Source of the DNA: Actinomycetota bacterium | GTDB lineage: Bacteria; Actinomycetota; Acidimicrobiia; IMCC26256; PALSA-610 | Assembly: GCA_034408875.1 (NCBI GenBank) | Contig: JAWXCJ010000011.1 | Location: 1 to 46,745, forward strand | Length of the DNA stretch: 46,745 nucleotides | Reading direction: 5' to 3' | Part shown: positions 24,340-32,943 of the stretch, in pieces | Position numbering within the stretch: position 1 is the stretch's first letter | Layout of the letters: every line of letters starts with the position of its first letter | Notes under the pieces: generated by a model | Seen by the model: only the letters and a program-made list of their open reading frames with translations | Databases searched by the model: none | What the model was told of the DNA's origin: nothing | Program-made: the position numbers and the translations under genes

Positions 24340-25151
24340 TGGCGAACGCACCGGCAACCGGAGTGACGTTCACGCTCGACGTCGAGGATTACGCCGTACC
24401 GCACACCGAGCCCCGCGCGCCCAAGATCACCCGCGAGATCGTGGCCTTCCTCGCGGAGCGCGATGTCCGCGGCACGTTCTTCGTCGTCGGCGCACTGGCC
24501 GCCGAGCATCCGGACCTGGTCCGCGACATCGCGGCTGCGGGTCACGAGGTCGGTCTGCACGCCTACCGCCACGATCCCCTCCCCGACGTCGCGCCCGACG
24601 CATTCCGCTCCGACATCGACCGGGGGAAGAAGCTCCTCGAAGACCTGACCGGCGCACCCGTCGTCGGGTTTCGGGCACCGATGTTCTCGCTCGTCGAGGC
24701 GAGCGTGTGGGCGACCGACGTCCTCGCCGAAGCAGGGTTCGCGTATTCGTCGAGCGTGCTCCCCGCGCGCAGCCCGCTGTACGGCTGGCCCGGCCAGCCC
24801 CGCGTCCCGTACCGGTGGCCGTCGGGCGTGATCGAACTCCCGTGTCCCATCGCGACGATGGGACCGATCGCGAACCCGTACCTGGGCGGCGTGTATTTCC
24901 GTGTCCTGCCGTGGCGCGCGGTGGAGTACGGGCTCGGGCACGCCGGACCGGGCGAGGCCCTGTGGACCTACTGCCACCCGTACGACTTCGACCCCGACGA
25001 ACCGTTCACCCGCCGACCCGGCCTCGGCCTGGCCAAGTCGCGGCTGCTGTGGCTGAATCGCCGCGGCATGTACGACCGCATCGCGCGCCTGCTGGCCAAG
25101 GGCGCGGCCGCGCCGCTGGCGGAACGCGTTCCCTCATTCGGTTCGGTATAG
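24339..25151 (+). CDS. polysaccharide deacetylase family protein (CE4, DUF3473-containing subtype)
   Basis: FTLDVEDY, GTFFVVG, GHEVGLHAYRH, GFRAP and the C-terminal GGVYFRVLP motif. It is the 3' part of ORF 23937-25151. Confidence 0.8.
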   Translation: MANAPATGVTFTLDVEDYAVPHTEPRAPKITREIVAFLAERDVRGTFFVVGALAAEHPDLVRDIAAAGHEVGLHAYRHDPLPDVAPDAFRSDIDRGKKLLEDLTGAPVVGFRAPMFSLVEASVWATDVLAEAGFAYSSSVLPARSPLYGWPGQPRVPYRWPSGVIELPCPIATMGPIANPYLGGVYFRVLPWRAVEYGLGHAGPGEALWTYCHPYDFDPDEPFTRRPGLGLAKSRLLWLNRRGMYDRIARLLAKGAAAPLAERVPSFGSV

Positions 25152-25170
25152 GCCGGCGTGTAACACTCGC

Positions 25171-26592
25171 GTGATGCGGACTCCGGCCGAATACATCGAG
25201 TCACTGCGTGACGAACGGGTCCTCTGGTACCGCGGCAAGCGGGTCGGCAACCTCCTGGCCGAGCCCGACCTGCGCGTCGCCGTCGAGCACTCCTGTGTCG
25301 ATTTCGCGCTGACCGCCGACCCTGCGCATCGTGACCTCGCCGTCGCCCGGGACGAGACCGGGCTCGAGTACCACGCGCTGTACCAGCTACCCGAGTCTCC
25401 CGACGACCTGATCCGGCGCTCGCGCCTCGTCGAGCTGGGCTCACTGATGAACGGGACCATCCCGTCGGTGAAGGAGGTCGGTGCCGACGCCCTCCTGGCC
25501 CTCCTCGCCGCCCTCGAAGGCGAGGAACGTGAGCGTGCGGTCGCGTTCTGGGACCGGTGCCGGCGCGACGACCTCGTCGTGTCCGTCGCCCAGACCGACG
25601 TGAAGGGCGACCGCTCCAAGGCGCCCCACGAGCAGGCCGATCCCGATCTCTACGTCCACGTCGTCGATCAGAGCGACCAGGGCATCGTCGTGCGCGGCGC
25701 CAAGGCGCACACCTCGCTCACCCCGAACTGCAACGAGATCGTCGTCCTCCCGACGCGCGCCATGGGCGCCGCCGACGCCGACTGGGCGGTGTCGTTCGCA
25801 ATCCCGGCCGACACGCCCGGGCTCTCGATGTACGTGTCCGGGTACTCGGCCGGCGAACGCCACCCGTGGGAGTACCCGATCTCGTCGCGCCACAAGATGC
25901 TCGAGACACTCACGGTCTTCGAGAACGTGTTCGTGCCGTGGGAGCGCGTCTTTTTGTTCCGGCGCCCCGAACTGGCCGGGCCGCTCGCGCTGCGCTTCGT
26001 CGACTTCCACCGCTTTACCGCAGTGTCGTACAAGCTGCCGTTGCTCGACGCGCTCGTCGGTGCCGCGGCCGAGATCGCGCGCATGAACGGTGTGCTCGGC
26101 GCCGGGCACATCAAAGAGAAGCTCACGCAACTCGTGATCTACGCGGAGACGGTGCGCACGCTGACCGAAGCGGCAGCCATCCGCGGGCGCACCGGCGCGC
26201 ACGGGATCTGCCGGCCCGACTCCGGGACGACGAACCTGGCCAAGTACACGTTCGCGAGCCGGTACCACGACGCGGTGCGCATGGTGCAGGAGTGCGCCGG
26301 TGCCCTGCTCGTCACCGGACCGGGCGGCGACGACTGGGACAGCCCCGAAGTGCGCCCGGTGTTGGAGAAGTACTTCGGCGCGGCCGCGCCCGCGGGCGAA
26401 CGGCTCGCGATGATGAACATGATCTCCGACCTGACCGTGCGCGAGTACGGCGGCTACCAGACGATCCTGGCCGTGCACGCCGAAGGCTCGATCGAAGCCG
26501 AGAAGATGCAGATCCTGCGCGAGTACAACCCGAACCGAGCGGTAGGCCGCGCCCGCTGGCTCGCCCGCCTCGACGAGAACCCCCCGTCGTAG
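25171..26592 (+). CDS. 4-hydroxyphenylacetate 3-hydroxylase (HpaB) / 4-hydroxybutyryl-CoA dehydratase family protein
   Basis: EYIESLRDERVLWYRGKRV.. N-terminus, ..VAQTDVKGDRSKAPHEQ.DPDLYVHVV...GIVVRGAKAHTS.. The size (473 aa) is typical of the family. I could not find the Cys cluster expected for the Fe-S dehydratase branch. Confidence 0.8.
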   Translation: MMRTPAEYIESLRDERVLWYRGKRVGNLLAEPDLRVAVEHSCVDFALTADPAHRDLAVARDETGLEYHALYQLPESPDDLIRRSRLVELGSLMNGTIPSVKEVGADALLALLAALEGEERERAVAFWDRCRRDDLVVSVAQTDVKGDRSKAPHEQADPDLYVHVVDQSDQGIVVRGAKAHTSLTPNCNEIVVLPTRAMGAADADWAVSFAIPADTPGLSMYVSGYSAGERHPWEYPISSRHKMLETLTVFENVFVPWERVFLFRRPELAGPLALRFVDFHRFTAVSYKLPLLDALVGAAAEIARMNGVLGAGHIKEKLTQLVIYAETVRTLTEAAAIRGRTGAHGICRPDSGTTNLAKYTFASRYHDAVRMVQECAGALLVTGPGGDDWDSPEVRPVLEKYFGAAAPAGERLAMMNMISDLTVREYGGYQTILAVHAEGSIEAEKMQILREYNPNRAVGRARWLARLDENPPS

Positions 26593-26635
26593 GGATGCGT
26601 CGATAGCCCACCCTCAGGGTGGGCTATCGACGCCT
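26593..26635. repeat. palindromic element, copy B: 17-bp perfect stem with loop TCA, directly after a stop codon and overlapping the 3' end of the convergent gene
   Basis: ggatgcgtcgatagcccaccc (26593-26613), tca, gggtgggctatcgacgcc (26617-26634). The loop tca is the TGA stop of the minus-strand gene 26614-27018. The right arm encodes its last residues, AGVDSPP. Confidence 0.8.
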
Positions 26636-27018
26636 GCTTGTTCTTCTTGTTCGCCGCGGAGGATGGCTACCTCCTCCGCGAGGACTCGGGTGCGTTCTTC
26701 GAGGCGGGAGAGTTCCCACGAGAAGTAGACGCACACGAGCGTGAGGAACGCGATGCCGCCGATGAACAGGGTGCTCGGCGCGTAGTAGATGTCGAGCCAC
26801 TGCGACGTGCGGTCGAGGCCGTCGGGATAGACGGCGAGGATCAGGACGATCGCGCCGACGAACATCCACAGCAGCGTGTACTTCCCGCGCATCTGCCGTT
26901 TGCGGAGCATGCGGAGCAGGAACCACGCGCCGATCAGCGCAACGAGGAACACGACCACGTGCGCGCGGAAGCTGAGCCCGAGTTGTTCCTCGGAGGTCTG
27001 GGCGAGGAGTCCGTTCAC
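26614..27018 (-). CDS. DUF2304-type small membrane protein (partner of the GT2)
   Basis: 134 aa with 3-4 TM spans, central YPDGLDRTSQWLDI and a C-terminal coiled charged tail LSRLEERTRVLAEEVAILRGEQ. GTG start with a GGAAGGAG Shine-Dalgarno. Confidence 0.7.
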   Translation of the reverse strand: MNGLLAQTSEEQLGLSFRAHVVVFLVALIGAWFLLRMLRKRQMRGKYTLLWMFVGAIVLILAVYPDGLDRTSQWLDIYYAPSTLFIGGIAFLTLVCVYFSWELSRLEERTRVLAEEVAILRGEQEEQAGVDSPP

Positions 27019-27084
27019 GAGAATGGCTCCTTCCGCTCCCGCTCGAACGGCCTGCGGCTAACGGAGCTCCGCTGCATCCGCACG

Positions 27085-27807
27085 CTACGTCACCTCGCGG
27101 CGACGGCGGCGCGATATCTGGACCTGGCTGATGATGACGACGAGCAGTCGCAGGTAGTGGTACACGAGCCGGAAGTGGCGGGTCGACGGCTTGCCCGCGC
27201 TGCGTTTGCGGATGCGGGTGGGAACCTCGACGACTTCGAAGCCGGCCTTGCACGCGAGCAGCAGCGATTCGGTGGAGTCCATGAACTCGACCGGGTACGA
27301 GTGCGCGAAGGACTCGAGCACGGGCCGCGTGAACGCGCGAAACCCGCTCGACGTGTCGGTGAACTTGTGCCCGGACACGGCATTGACCGACGCGCGCAGC
27401 ACATGCATGGCACCCCGGCGGATGGGCCCGACGCGATACTCGACGGTGCCTTCGCCGAAGCGGCTGCCGATCACCATGTCGGCGCCGTCGTCGAGGGCCG
27501 CCTCGAGGGTCGCGATCTCGCGCGGGTCGTGCTGGCCGTCGGCATCGAACTGCACGGCCCGGGTGTACCCGTTGCGGACGGCGAACCGGAAGCCGGTCTG
27601 GAGCGCACCGCCGATACCGAGGTTGAACGGCAATTCGACGATCGACACTCCGGCCGCGCGCGCGAGGTCCGCGGTCTTGTCCCGTGATCCGTCGGACACG
27701 ACGAGTACGTCGAGATCGGGCCGCACGGACATGAGTTCCGCGAGGGTTCCGGGAATCGCCTCTTCCTCGTCGTACGCAGGAATCACCACGAGCGTGGTCC
27801 GTCGCAC
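27085..27807 (-). CDS. glycosyltransferase family 2, polyprenyl-phosphate-sugar synthase type (PpgS/GtrB-like)
   Basis: VVIPAYDEEEAI, VVSDGSRDKT and QFDADGQHDP. Small (240 aa) and followed by the DUF2304 gene. Confidence 0.85.
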   Translation of the reverse strand: MRRTTLVVIPAYDEEEAIPGTLAELMSVRPDLDVLVVSDGSRDKTADLARAAGVSIVELPFNLGIGGALQTGFRFAVRNGYTRAVQFDADGQHDPREIATLEAALDDGADMVIGSRFGEGTVEYRVGPIRRGAMHVLRASVNAVSGHKFTDTSSGFRAFTRPVLESFAHSYPVEFMDSTESLLLACKAGFEVVEVPTRIRKRSAGKPSTRHFRLVYHYLRLLVVIISQVQISRRRRREVT

Positions 27808-27881
27808 GACAGTCAGGCTACCGTCTCGCCCCCATAAGACCCCGAGACTGGCTCCGACAACCCGCGGCCCTGTTCGCCATC

Positions 27882-29231
27882 GTGGCGTCGGTCTTCGGCG
27901 TGCTGCTCGCCCTCACGCTGCCCGCGCTCGGCGGCTACGACGAGAGCGTGCATGTGCTGCGCGCGTGGCAAGTCTCCGACGGAGGCGTCTTCGCGATCGA
28001 ACGGCCCGGCGCCGACGGTCGCACGGCATTCGGCGGCGACATCCCCGACGAACTGATCGAGGACATGATCGTGATCGCGCGAGGCGGGTTTCTCGCCGAG
28101 GACGCCGAACCGTTTTGGAGGCACCTCGGCCGCGATGCGCCCGACGGTCCGCGCTCGTTCGTCGACTTCTCGTCGGGAGCGGTCTATCCCCCGGTTCCGT
28201 ACCTCCCGAGCGCCATCGCGATGCGCGCGGGGCGCACGCTGGGAGTATCGACGGCGGGCATCCTGCTGCTGGGCCGGTTGGCGAATCTGGCGACATTCGT
28301 CGCGCTCGTCGCGCTCGCCATCCGGCGCATCGGCAGCCGGCGGTGGCTCCTCGCCGTTCTCGCCCTTCTGCCCGTCGTGCTGTTCCAAGCCGCGACGATC
28401 TCGGCCGACGCGATCACAGTCGCGCTCGTGGTGCTCGTCATCGCCGACGCCATGGCGCTGACGACCCGATCCGAGGACGAGATCACGCGCGCCCTGCTCG
28501 TCGAGTGTGCACTCGCGGTCGGCGCGCTCGCGCTGGCCAGGCCGCCCTACGTTGCAGTCGCAGTCGTGCTCCTCGTCCCCGCGCTGCGGCACCGCGGCCG
28601 CGTGCTCGTGACCCTCGCATCCACCCTGGTCGTGGCCGCGCTGCTGGCGGGCGCCTGGTCGGCCTGGGCCGCCGACCGCCATGTTCCGCAGGACTTCCCG
28701 CCCGCGTACCTCGACGGGTCGGGCAACTACGCGTACCGCGACGTCGACCCCGACGCGCAGTTCGAGTACCTCCGGTCGCATCCGTTCTCGCTTCTCTCGG
28801 CCATCGGCCACACGGTCGCGCGGGAAGGTGACGAGATCGCGTCCGATGTCGTCGCGCAGACCGCGTGGTGGGAGGTCCCGTGGTGGCTCGTCGTCGCCGC
28901 CGCGGCCGCAGTCGTGGCGCTCGCGTGCTTCGACGCCGCACCCCGCCTCGATCGGGCGCTGCGCATCACGGCGGGCGTGCTCGTCGCCGGGCTTGTGCTC
29001 GTGGTGTTCCTGCTCGCATACTCGGGTTGGAACGCAGTGGGTGCGCCGCGCGTCGATGCGTTCCAGGGTCGTTATCTGTTCCCCGCATTCGCGCTCGCGC
29101 TGCTGATATGCGTTCCGAGCCGCTTCGCGAATCGGTCAACCGCCGACCGGCTCGGGCCGGCCCTCGTCGGTGGCGCCGCCGTGCTCCTCACGCTGCTCGA
29201 GATCGGCGTCGCGCGCTTCTTCTACGCGTGA
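27882..29231 (+). CDS. DUF2142-type polytopic membrane protein (putative GT-C-like glycosyltransferase)
   Basis: N-terminal TM span, then GGYDESVHVLRAWQVSDG (the family-typical D/E-x-H..RA.Q motif as I recall it), and about 10 further TM spans. Divergent from the GT2 gene. Confidence 0.65.
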   Translation: MASVFGVLLALTLPALGGYDESVHVLRAWQVSDGGVFAIERPGADGRTAFGGDIPDELIEDMIVIARGGFLAEDAEPFWRHLGRDAPDGPRSFVDFSSGAVYPPVPYLPSAIAMRAGRTLGVSTAGILLLGRLANLATFVALVALAIRRIGSRRWLLAVLALLPVVLFQAATISADAITVALVVLVIADAMALTTRSEDEITRALLVECALAVGALALARPPYVAVAVVLLVPALRHRGRVLVTLASTLVVAALLAGAWSAWAADRHVPQDFPPAYLDGSGNYAYRDVDPDAQFEYLRSHPFSLLSAIGHTVAREGDEIASDVVAQTAWWEVPWWLVVAAAAAVVALACFDAAPRLDRALRITAGVLVAGLVLVVFLLAYSGWNAVGAPRVDAFQGRYLFPAFALALLICVPSRFANRSTADRLGPALVGGAAVLLTLLEIGVARFFYA

Positions 29232-30536
29232 GCGACTCAGGACTGCGTCGATTGCGAGCAACGTCACGAGCCACAACGCGATGCGGAGCTGCACCGCGGC
29301 GGTCAACGAGTGGCGATCGATTTCGAGCGCGTCGCCGTGCCACGCCGCGTAGAACCCCGCGACCGACAGCCCGAGGACCAGGCCGACGGTGACGAGGATC
29401 GGCGCCGCCACGGCGCGCCGAACCACAAGCGCTCCGAATGCCACCACGCAGAGCACGACCCACACGCCCACGACCGGAACCCACGGCGGGTACGCAACCG
29501 CGCTCACCTCGTAGATCGGCCACGGGTCGAGGTGCCAGATCAGGGTGTACCCGTCGAGGTCGGGAACGAGGAAGCGTTCGTAGTCGGCCAACGGCTCGCG
29601 CAGCGTCCACCAGGGATGGGTGACGAGAAACGTCGTGTACGTGCTCCGGCCGTCGTCGCGCACCCACGTGCGGAGTTCGGCGAACTCGGGACCGTCGTCG
29701 AGGCGGGTGTGCACGATGTAGTAGTTGTCGCCCAGCGCGACGAGATCCTCGTCGAGTGGGAGCCCGTGCTCGACGAAGTAGGGCTCGGCGGTGTCGTCGC
29801 CCACGAGGCGCAGCGCGATCGTCTCGTGCAAGGGGTAGTACCAACGGGGCGGCTCCGACTGGTTCGACAGGGCGAGGGCCAGTACCGCGGCGGCCAGGCC
29901 GGTCACGGCGACGACGGCACCGACCCGGCGCCAGGCGGGGCGCGTCACCGCGAGGACGACGGCCCCGCACCCGAGGGCGAGGGCGACGACCGCGTTGGTG
30001 TCGCGGACGAAGACGAACGCGACGAGGCCCACGGCGAACGCCACGACGGCGCGTCCCGGCGCGGCGGCCAGCCGGAGGGCAAGGCCGATGAGGAGAACCA
30101 TGACCGATACCGACAGGCTCTCGGTCGACACGATCACGTTCCATTGCAGCAACGGTGGCGCAAGGGCGACGAGCAGGATCGCCGTGAACCCGACGACCTG
30201 CATAACCCGGTGCCGCAGCACCGATCGCACCGACGCGGCGAGGAACACCCACGCCCCGACCGAGATGACACTCTGCACCAGCACGATCGCGCGCAGGTTG
30301 CGGGCACAGAACTTGGCGAGCACCAGGAACAGGAACGGTCCCCGCGCCGCGAGGAAGTCGAGCGACCAGACGGGTTCGCGGGCCGCGTCCATGTAGATCT
30401 GCGAGTCGGGGCCGAAACCCACTCGCGGCCCGAAGACGCCGTCGAGCACGAACGCCATGACCGCGGCGTACCCGAGCACGAGCAGCGCGAACGCGCCCGC
30501 GATCCAGGTTTCGGGTCGCCGCAACCGCTCCCTCAC
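29136..30536 (-). CDS. polytopic membrane protein of unknown function with a soluble extracytoplasmic-looking domain
   Basis: About 8 N-terminal TM spans, then a soluble segment (PRWYYPLHETIALRLVGDDTAEPYFVEHGLP...THPWWTLREPLADYERF) and 3 C-terminal TM spans. GTG at 30536 overlaps the upstream stop (GTGA). The ORF extension to 31040 is rejected. Confidence 0.55.
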   Translation of the reverse strand: MRERLRRPETWIAGAFALLVLGYAAVMAFVLDGVFGPRVGFGPDSQIYMDAAREPVWSLDFLAARGPFLFLVLAKFCARNLRAIVLVQSVISVGAWVFLAASVRSVLRHRVMQVVGFTAILLVALAPPLLQWNVIVSTESLSVSVMVLLIGLALRLAAAPGRAVVAFAVGLVAFVFVRDTNAVVALALGCGAVVLAVTRPAWRRVGAVVAVTGLAAAVLALALSNQSEPPRWYYPLHETIALRLVGDDTAEPYFVEHGLPLDEDLVALGDNYYIVHTRLDDGPEFAELRTWVRDDGRSTYTTFLVTHPWWTLREPLADYERFLVPDLDGYTLIWHLDPWPIYEVSAVAYPPWVPVVGVWVVLCVVAFGALVVRRAVAAPILVTVGLVLGLSVAGFYAAWHGDALEIDRHSLTAAVQLRIALWLVTLLAIDAVLSRSRVEEARDADLEQREEHGGATDEGRPEPVGG

Positions 30537-31642
30537 GTCGCGACCCGCCCCGACACCGGCCGCGCCGTGCGCAGGAGCGGCCGCTCGACGAGAAACCAGC
30601 TCGCGGCCGCAGTCGCGAGCGACAACGCCAGGACCAGAGCAAGCACAGGAAGGGTCGGCGCGGTGGGATACCACTCCTTCACTTGTTCGAGCCACGGGAA
30701 GTGCCACAGGAACAGGCCGTACGAAACGGTGCCGACCGCGACCGCGACCGGCTGATCGAGGACCCGGCGAACGTATGCGTTCTCGCGCCCGAGCGCGGCC
30801 GGGAGCACGAGGAAGAACGCGAACGCACCGAACAGCACCTGCCGCAACAGGTCCTGGCGCACCGTGCCACTCGCAAGCGCCTCCGGGAGCCCGATGTTGC
30901 ACACCCACCCGTACGCACCGACCGCGAGCGCGACCGACGCCCACGCGTACCGGTCGGCAAGGGCGCGGGTGTTCGTCGCGACGTGCAGGACCGCCAGCAG
31001 GATACCGAGCGCGAACCAGTCGGCCATCGCCGGGAGCCAACGGGCCGAGACCGCATCGGTACCGCGGTCAGAGACGAGGACGAGCCGCCAGACGAGAGCG
31101 GCACCGTAGAGCAGCACCGCCGCCGCGATCTCGGCCCGGACCCGCTGCGGTACCGCGAGGTGTCGAGACGCGCGCCCGACCACCAGCGCGTACAACGGCA
31201 GGGTCGCGTAGAACGACACCTCGACCGCGAGTGTCCACGCGGGGAGAATGCCCGCGAGCCCGTACGCGGGTTGGTAGATCTGCACGAGCAGGTAGTGCCG
31301 CACGTAGTCGGCTACGCCGCTCAGCTCGGTCATGCCGAACAGGACGATCGCACCCGTGAGCGCGACCCAGTACGCGGGAAAGATGCGCAGCACCCGCCGC
31401 CACCAGAACTCGGGCACGGCGACGTCGTCGCGCCGGCCGAGGTGCGCGGCCGCGAACGGCCGGTAGAGCAAGAACCCCGAAATCACGAAGAACACGGCCA
31501 CACCGATGTCGAGGTGCGCCGTGTAGCGGTTCACCGCGCCGGTCGCGCCGGTGACGTGGAGCACGACGATGCACAGCGCCGCGATCGCGCGCAGCCCGTC
31601 GAATCCGGGGAGACGCTCTTTCGCCTGGAGGTTCATGGTCAT
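30533..31642 (-). CDS. acyltransferase family 3 (OafA/NolL-type membrane O-acyltransferase), copy 3 of 3
   Basis: FDGLRAIAALCIVVLHV, FFVISGFLLYRPF, RIFPAYW, WTLAVEVSFY and SYGLFLWH. The ATG at 31642 overlaps the upstream stop (ATGA). Confidence 0.85.
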   Translation of the reverse strand: MTMNLQAKERLPGFDGLRAIAALCIVVLHVTGATGAVNRYTAHLDIGVAVFFVISGFLLYRPFAAAHLGRRDDVAVPEFWWRRVLRIFPAYWVALTGAIVLFGMTELSGVADYVRHYLLVQIYQPAYGLAGILPAWTLAVEVSFYATLPLYALVVGRASRHLAVPQRVRAEIAAAVLLYGAALVWRLVLVSDRGTDAVSARWLPAMADWFALGILLAVLHVATNTRALADRYAWASVALAVGAYGWVCNIGLPEALASGTVRQDLLRQVLFGAFAFFLVLPAALGRENAYVRRVLDQPVAVAVGTVSYGLFLWHFPWLEQVKEWYPTAPTLPVLALVLALSLATAAASWFLVERPLLRTARPVSGRVAT

Positions 31643-32943
31643 GCGTCGGCGGGCTCGGACGAGCGGCGCCCGAAGAGCGGCTGGTCCTTGCGCCGCAGGA
31701 TCGGGCGCTCGACGAAGAACCAACTCGCGCTCGCGACGATGACCGTCAACACGAACGCCCCGAGCACATGCACGAGAAACGGTCCGTTGGGCAGCGGGTT
31801 CGCGTCCCAACCGTCGGCCCACGTCGCGTCGACGACGCCGCCCTGGAAGCCGCCGTCGTGGATCACCGTGATGAACGCCTGGTGCCACAGGTAGATGCCG
31901 TAGGAAATGACGCCGAGGTACACGACGGGCGCGAGTTGGAGCCCGCGCCGCACGACGCCGCGGCGCTGCGGGCCGAACACGGCCGGTACGAGCAGGCAGA
32001 GCGCGGTGATGCCGTAGAGGAACTGCCGCAAATACGCCTGCCCGCCGTACACCAACTCGAGCCGGCCCGACAGGCCGATCCCGAACGTCACGACATGGAA
32101 CGCGACCGCGGCACCGAGCCACCACGCCCAGTCGAAGCTCCCGATGCGTTCGAGGAGCGGGCTGGGTTCGGGGCGCGTGTCGGACCACACGCGGAGCACC
32201 GCGAGTCCCATTCCCATCGCGAACAAGTCGAGGTTGGCCGGCAACCAGTACGGACCGAGGAACTCGAATGACGAGCCGTCGGCGACGACCCAGTACGCAA
32301 CCGCCCGCCAGAGCACGCTGATGAGGACCAGCACGACCAGCCCGGCCGCCTCGATGCGAAAGCGTGTCGCGCGCAGCCGCCCGGCCCCGACGCGGCGGAT
32401 GATCGCGGCGTACAGCGGCAGGAACAGGTAGAAGCTCACCTCGACCACGAGCGTCCACGACTGCGAGATGCCGCCGAGCGCGCGCCACACGGGCCGGCCC
32501 GTCTCGGTGACGACACTCGTCGTGTCGTAGAGGTGCACGAGGAAGAAGTACTCGGTCATGCTGCGGGCCCCGCCGATGGGCATCCGGATGCCGACCCACA
32601 GCGCGATGCCGATGAACGCGACCCAGTACGCCGGATAGATACGCAGGAACCGGTGCCGGAAGAACCTTCCGAGTCCCGGATAGACATCGGCAAAGTTCTT
32701 GGCGACGAACGGCCGGTACAGCAGGAAGCCCGAAATGAGGAAGAACACCTGCACGCCCGCGTCCATGTGCGCGAAGTACTCCCCGAACCGACCGCCGCCA
32801 CTCAACGGCACTTCGAAGCCGCGCAACGAATACGCAGTCGCGATCGACGCGTGGTGCAACAGGACGGCCAGCGCCGCGAGCGCGCGCAGCCCGTCGAAAC
32901 ACGGAAACCGGCCGTGCTCGGCCGGTGCGTCGGCCGCGATCAC
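31639..32943 (-). CDS. acyltransferase family 3, copy 2 of 3
   Basis: FDGLRALAALAVLLHH, FFLISGFLLYRPF, RIYPAYW, WTLVVEVSFY and SYGIYLWH. The GTG at 32943 overlaps the upstream stop (GTGA). Confidence 0.85.
   Translation of the reverse strand: MIAADAPAEHGRFPCFDGLRALAALAVLLHHASIATAYSLRGFEVPLSGGGRFGEYFAHMDAGVQVFFLISGFLLYRPFVAKNFADVYPGLGRFFRHRFLRIYPAYWVAFIGIALWVGIRMPIGGARSMTEYFFLVHLYDTTSVVTETGRPVWRALGGISQSWTLVVEVSFYLFLPLYAAIIRRVGAGRLRATRFRIEAAGLVVLVLISVLWRAVAYWVVADGSSFEFLGPYWLPANLDLFAMGMGLAVLRVWSDTRPEPSPLLERIGSFDWAWWLGAAVAFHVVTFGIGLSGRLELVYGGQAYLRQFLYGITALCLLVPAVFGPQRRGVVRRGLQLAPVVYLGVISYGIYLWHQAFITVIHDGGFQGGVVDATWADGWDANPLPNGPFLVHVLGAFVLTVIVASASWFFVERPILRRKDQPLFGRRSSEPADA

Noticed and set aside
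2192-26635. The idea that the two palindromic copies delimit a 24-kb inserted genomic island.
   Set aside because: No integrase, transposase, tRNA target or direct target-site duplication is present. By eye, gene content and composition inside and outside look the same. The glycan genes continue well past copy B. A dispersed terminator/REP-like family is the more economical reading. Only whole-genome comparison could revive the island idea.
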